Shown in pieces: positions 60,618 to 64,000 of a DNA stretch of 64,000 bases (position 1 is its first letter; every line of letters begins with the position of its first letter). The notes beneath the pieces were generated by a model, which did no database searches, was not told the DNA's origin, and saw only the letters and a list, made by a program, of their open reading frames with translations. Source of the stretch: Actinomycetales bacterium (lineage in GTDB: Bacteria; Actinomycetota; Actinomycetes; Actinomycetales; Cellulomonadaceae); the NCBI GenBank assembly GCA_038252305.1, contig JBBSAL010000019.1, positions 1,156 through 65,155 of the forward strand. The letters run 5' to 3'. The translations under genes and the position numbers were made by a program.

Positions 60618-61690
60618 TGCTTACCAACCGCACCACACTCACGCAGTTCCTCATCGAGGAGCGGCGCCGGCACGAGAGCTCCCACGGTGACCTGAACGCG
60701 CTGATCCTCGACGTGGCCCTGGCCTGCAAGGCGATCTCACGACTGGTGGCCAGGGGCGAGCTGGCCGGCGTGCTGGGGGCCGTCGGAGCGACGAACGTGC
60801 AGGGCGAGCAGCAGCAGAAGCTCGACGTCCGAGCCAACGACTGCTTCCTGCGTGCCACCGAGTGGGGCGGGCACGTCGCAGGCATGGTCTCCGAGGAGAT
60901 CGATGAGCCGTACCTGCTGCCCGGTCAGTACCCGCGCGGCAAATACCTGTTGGCGTTCGACCCCCTCGACGGCTCCTCGAACATCGACGTCAACCTCTCG
61001 GTGGGCAGCGTCTTCTCGATCCTTCGGTCGCCGAACCCCGGCGCCGATGCCGAGGCGGCGGACTACCTGCAGCCCGGTCAGGAGCAGGTCGCCGCCGGCT
61101 ACGCGATCTACGGCCCCTCGACGATGCTCGTGCTCTCGGTCGGCCGGGGTGTGCACGGATTCACGCTCGAGCCCTCGCTCGGCGAGTTCTTCCTCACCCA
61201 CGAGGACATGCGGGTGCCGACCTCTGGTTCGGAGTTCGCGATCAACTCCTCGAACTACCGGTTCTGGGAGCCGGCGGTCCGTCGGTACGTCGACGAGTGC
61301 CTCGCCGGCAGCTCGGGCCCGCGTGAGCGGGACTTCAACATGCGCTGGGTCGCGTCGCTGGTGGCCGAGGCCCACCGCATCCTCAACCGCGGCGGGGTGT
61401 TCCTCTACCCGCGCGACTCCAAGAAGGCAGGGGCGGCCGGTCGGCTCCGCCTGCTGTACGAGGCCAACCCGATCGGCTTCCTGATCGAGCAGGCCGGCGG
61501 GCGGGCCAGCACCGGGCGGACGCCGTTGCTCTCGGTCCAGCCGACCGGGATCCACCAGCGCGTCGGCTTCGTGTTCGGTGCGGCCGACGAGGTCGCGCGG
61601 ATCGAGGCGTATCACGCCGAGTCCTACGACGATCCCGACCCGAACATCCCGCTGTACGCCCAACGCGGACTCTTCCGCACCAACCGCTGA
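60614..61690 (+). CDS. fbp: Class 1 fructose-1,6-(sedoheptulose-1,7-)bisphosphatase, CbbF-like
   Basis: Motifs [24 protein letters not shown] and LRLLYEANP. Confidence 0.95.
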   Translation: MMLTNRTTLTQFLIEERRRHESSHGDLNALILDVALACKAISRLVARGELAGVLGAVGATNVQGEQQQKLDVRANDCFLRATEWGGHVAGMVSEEIDEPYLLPGQYPRGKYLLAFDPLDGSSNIDVNLSVGSVFSILRSPNPGADAEAADYLQPGQEQVAAGYAIYGPSTMLVLSVGRGVHGFTLEPSLGEFFLTHEDMRVPTSGSEFAINSSNYRFWEPAVRRYVDECLAGSSGPRERDFNMRWVASLVAEAHRILNRGGVFLYPRDSKKAGAAGRLRLLYEANPIGFLIEQAGGRASTGRTPLLSVQPTGIHQRVGFVFGAADEVARIEAYHAESYDDPDPNIPLYAQRGLFRTNR

Positions 61691-61721
61691 GCGATCCCGC
61701 GCCACCGAAGGAGAAGGCCCC

Positions 61722-62603
61722 ATGTCGTCGAAGCACCCTGTCGTGGCCATCACCGGGTCCTCCGGAGCCGGAACCACCTCCGTCCGCCGCACCTTCGAGC
61801 AGATCTTCCGACGCGAAGGGCTGAACGCCGCCTACATCGAGGGCGACAGCTTCCACCGGTGGGACCGCGCGGAGATGAAGGGCCACCTCGCGCACGCCCT
61901 GGAGGGCGGTGACCACACGCTGAGCCACTTCGGCCCGCAGGCCAACCTCTTCCCCGAGCTCGAGGCGCTCTTCCGGGACTACGGCGCGACGGGCAGCGGT
62001 CAGGTGCGGCACTACCTGCACGACGCCGAGGAAGCCGCGCCCCACCAGCAGGAGCCCGGTACCTTCACCGCCTGGGAGGACCTCCCCCTGGGAACGGACC
62101 TGCTGTTCTACGAAGGGCTGCACGGAGCGGTCGTCACCGAGGAGGTCGACATCGCCCGGCACGTGGACCTCGCGATCGGCGTGGTCCCGGTGATCAACCT
62201 GGAGTGGATCCAGAAGCTCAATCGCGACAAGCTCCAGCGCGGCTACACGACGGAAGCGGTGACCGAGACGATCCTGCGACGGATGCCCGACTACGTGAAC
62301 TACGTGACACCGCAGTTCTCCCGCACCCACGTGAACTTCCAGCGGGTGCCGGTGGTCGACACGTCCAACCCGTTCATCGCCAGGACCATCCCGACGCTCG
62401 ACGAGTCGATGCTCGTCATCCGCTTCGAGAGCCCCCGGGGAATCGACTTCCCGTACCTGCTCTCGATGCTGCACGGCTCCTTCATGTCCCGGCCCAACAC
62501 CATCGTGTGCCCCGGCGGGAAGATGGACCTGGCGATGCAGCTGATCTTCACCCCCATGCTGTGGCGTCTCAAGGACCGCAAGCGGCAGGCGGAGATCGAC
62601 TGA
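61722..62603 (+). CDS. prk: Phosphoribulokinase, proteobacterial type
   Basis: Motifs TGSSGAGT, EGDSFH, SHFGP, YEGLHG and FQRVPVVDTSNPFIAR. Confidence 0.97.
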   Translation: MSSKHPVVAITGSSGAGTTSVRRTFEQIFRREGLNAAYIEGDSFHRWDRAEMKGHLAHALEGGDHTLSHFGPQANLFPELEALFRDYGATGSGQVRHYLHDAEEAAPHQQEPGTFTAWEDLPLGTDLLFYEGLHGAVVTEEVDIARHVDLAIGVVPVINLEWIQKLNRDKLQRGYTTEAVTETILRRMPDYVNYVTPQFSRTHVNFQRVPVVDTSNPFIARTIPTLDESMLVIRFESPRGIDFPYLLSMLHGSFMSRPNTIVCPGGKMDLAMQLIFTPMLWRLKDRKRQAEID

Positions 62604-62847
62604 GACGGACCGTCGAGGCCGTCAGCAGGTCGCGCAGCTGCGCGGGCGTGGGCACGCGCCCGACCAGCACCACCCGCTCGTCGATGACCAGGGCGGGTGA
62701 GGACATCACTCCGTAGCTCATGATCGTCGGGTAGTCCTCGACCTTGGTGACCGTCGCGTCGAGGCCGAGCTCTGCCACGGCGTCGCGAGTGATCCGTTCC
62801 AGGGTGACGCACTTGGGGCAGCCTGGGCCGAGCACTGTGATGATCAT
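62569..62847 (-). CDS. Small thioredoxin-fold redox-active disulfide protein (MTH895-like)
   Basis: Motifs VLGPGCPKC and YGVMSSPALVID. RBS AAGGA. Confidence 0.85.
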   Translation of the reverse strand: MIITVLGPGCPKCVTLERITRDAVAELGLDATVTKVEDYPTIMSYGVMSSPALVIDERVVLVGRVPTPAQLRDLLTASTVRLSRSPPAACGP

Positions 62848-62924
62848 GCGGTGTCCTTCGGGGGTCGTGAGTCAGCCGGTCCTGACGGCCATGATCCTCA
62901 ACCGTCACAGGTGATGGCCGTCGT

Positions 62925-64000
62925 TCACCTTCGAACCGCGTGTGCGGCAAGCCCGAAGGCCTCGGTCAGTGTCGGGTGCGGATGGATGGTGTGGGCGAGG
63001 TCTTCGGTCGTCAGCCCGAGCCTGACAGCGAGCGCCGCCTCACCCATCAGGTCTGCGGCGCCCTCGACGAGCACGTGCATGCCGACGATCCGGTGGGAGC
63101 CTTCGACGTAGATGAGGCGCAGCAGCCCGTCGGCGTCTCCGCTGATCTGCGCGCGGGCGTCTGACCTGTAGTCGTACTCGGCGACGCCGACCTCCAGCCC
63201 GGCGGCCCGGGCGGCTTCCTCGGTCAGTCCCACCATGCCGATCTCCGGCGAGGAGAAGATCACCGCACTGTTGTGCTCCGGGCGCGGGAACTCGACCGGC
63301 GCGCCCAGCAGGTGGCGTGCCACGGCCAGGGCCTGGGCGGTGGCCCAGTGGGCGAACATCGGGTTGCCGACGAGGTCGCCGGTGGCGTAGATGCCGGGCT
63401 CACCGGTCTGCAGGGTGGCATCGACGACGACTCCGCGCTGGTCGCTGCGGATCTCCGTGGTCTCCAAGCCCAGGTCCGCGACCTGGGGACGCCGACCGGC
63501 AACGATGGCCACCACCTCGGACTCCGCCGTCATGTCCGCGCCGTCGACGGAGAAGCTCGTCAGGAGCTGCCCCCGCTCGCCGGTGATCGAGGAGACCAAC
63601 GCGTCGGTGTGCACCTCGATCCCGTCCTTGGCCAGACGCTTCTCCAACCTTTCGGCGAGAACGGCGTCGACCGGACCGAGAATCCGATCCGCGGCTTCCA
63701 CGATGGCCACGCGGGTACCCAGCATCGCGAAGATCTGCGCCATCTCGACACCGATGGGTCCGGCTCCGATCAGCGTCATCGTGCGTGGGATGGCGTCGAT
63801 CTCGATCAGCTCGGTGGAGTCGATGACGCCGGGCAGCTCCGCACCCGGGATCGGCAAGGAGACAGGCACCGAACCCGTGGCAAGGATCGCCCGGTCGAAC
63901 GTCACCCTGCGCTGCAGGTCCGGTGTGTCGATCCGTGCGGTGCGCGCGCCCGTCAGTCGTGCGCGTCCGAAGACGACCTCGAGCGAGGGCATCTCCTGGG
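62925..64000 (-). CDS. Partial dihydrolipoamide-dehydrogenase-like flavoprotein disulfide reductase
   Basis: Motifs ILATGS, GAGPIGVE, YATGD and HPHPTLTE. The N-terminus lies outside the window. Confidence 0.85.
   Translation of the reverse strand, partial: QEMPSLEVVFGRARLTGARTARIDTPDLQRRVTFDRAILATGSVPVSLPIPGAELPGVIDSTELIEIDAIPRTMTLIGAGPIGVEMAQIFAMLGTRVAIVEAADRILGPVDAVLAERLEKRLAKDGIEVHTDALVSSITGERGQLLTSFSVDGADMTAESEVVAIVAGRRPQVADLGLETTEIRSDQRGVVVDATLQTGEPGIYATGDLVGNPMFAHWATAQALAVARHLLGAPVEFPRPEHNSAVIFSSPEIGMVGLTEEAARAAGLEVGVAEYDYRSDARAQISGDADGLLRLIYVEGSHRIVGMHVLVEGAADLMGEAALAVRLGLTTEDLAHTIHPHPTLTEAFGLAAHAVRR

Noticed and set aside
103-63751. Many long overlapping Arg/Pro/Gly-rich ORFs (e.g. 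109..2574, 6101..9052, 42314..44107, 55879..57423)
   Set aside because: These are shadow frames typical of high-GC DNA. They overlap recognisable genes and carry no motifs.
1-64000. CRISPR arrays, tRNA/rRNA, transposases or integrases
   Set aside because: No regularly spaced repeats, RNA gene signatures or recombinase motifs were seen by eye.

Overview
A very GC-rich window that looks actinobacterial (Micrococcales/Cellulomonadaceae-like by gene content, with many leaderless TANNNT promoters and a FliA-type promoter). It holds about 58 genes. I saw no rRNA, tRNA, CRISPR array or transposase. The standout is a Calvin-cycle cluster at 53.6-62.6 kb. It is built on a proteobacterial-type Form II RuBisCO (cbbM) with cbbY on one arm and rpe-tkt-fbp-prk on the other. 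Between the arms sits a GAF-kinase/NarL two-component pair, not the usual LysR CbbR, and a shared TCACCCC inverted repeat lies in both promoter regions. Thiol/sulfur-redox genes flank the cluster: DsrE, a TlpA-rhodanese fusion, CcdA behind a CsoR-type operator, a small thioredoxin-like protein and a lipoamide-dehydrogenase-like enzyme. Other blocks are a USP/glycoside-metabolism operon, a prpDBC operon whose prpC has an in-frame TGA, ion/pH genes (Kup, P3A H+-ATPase, NhaA-DsbA), a PhnCDE-type transporter without C-P lyase, MFS/MarR modules and several decayed genes. All family calls come from motif recognition by eye; no database search was run.
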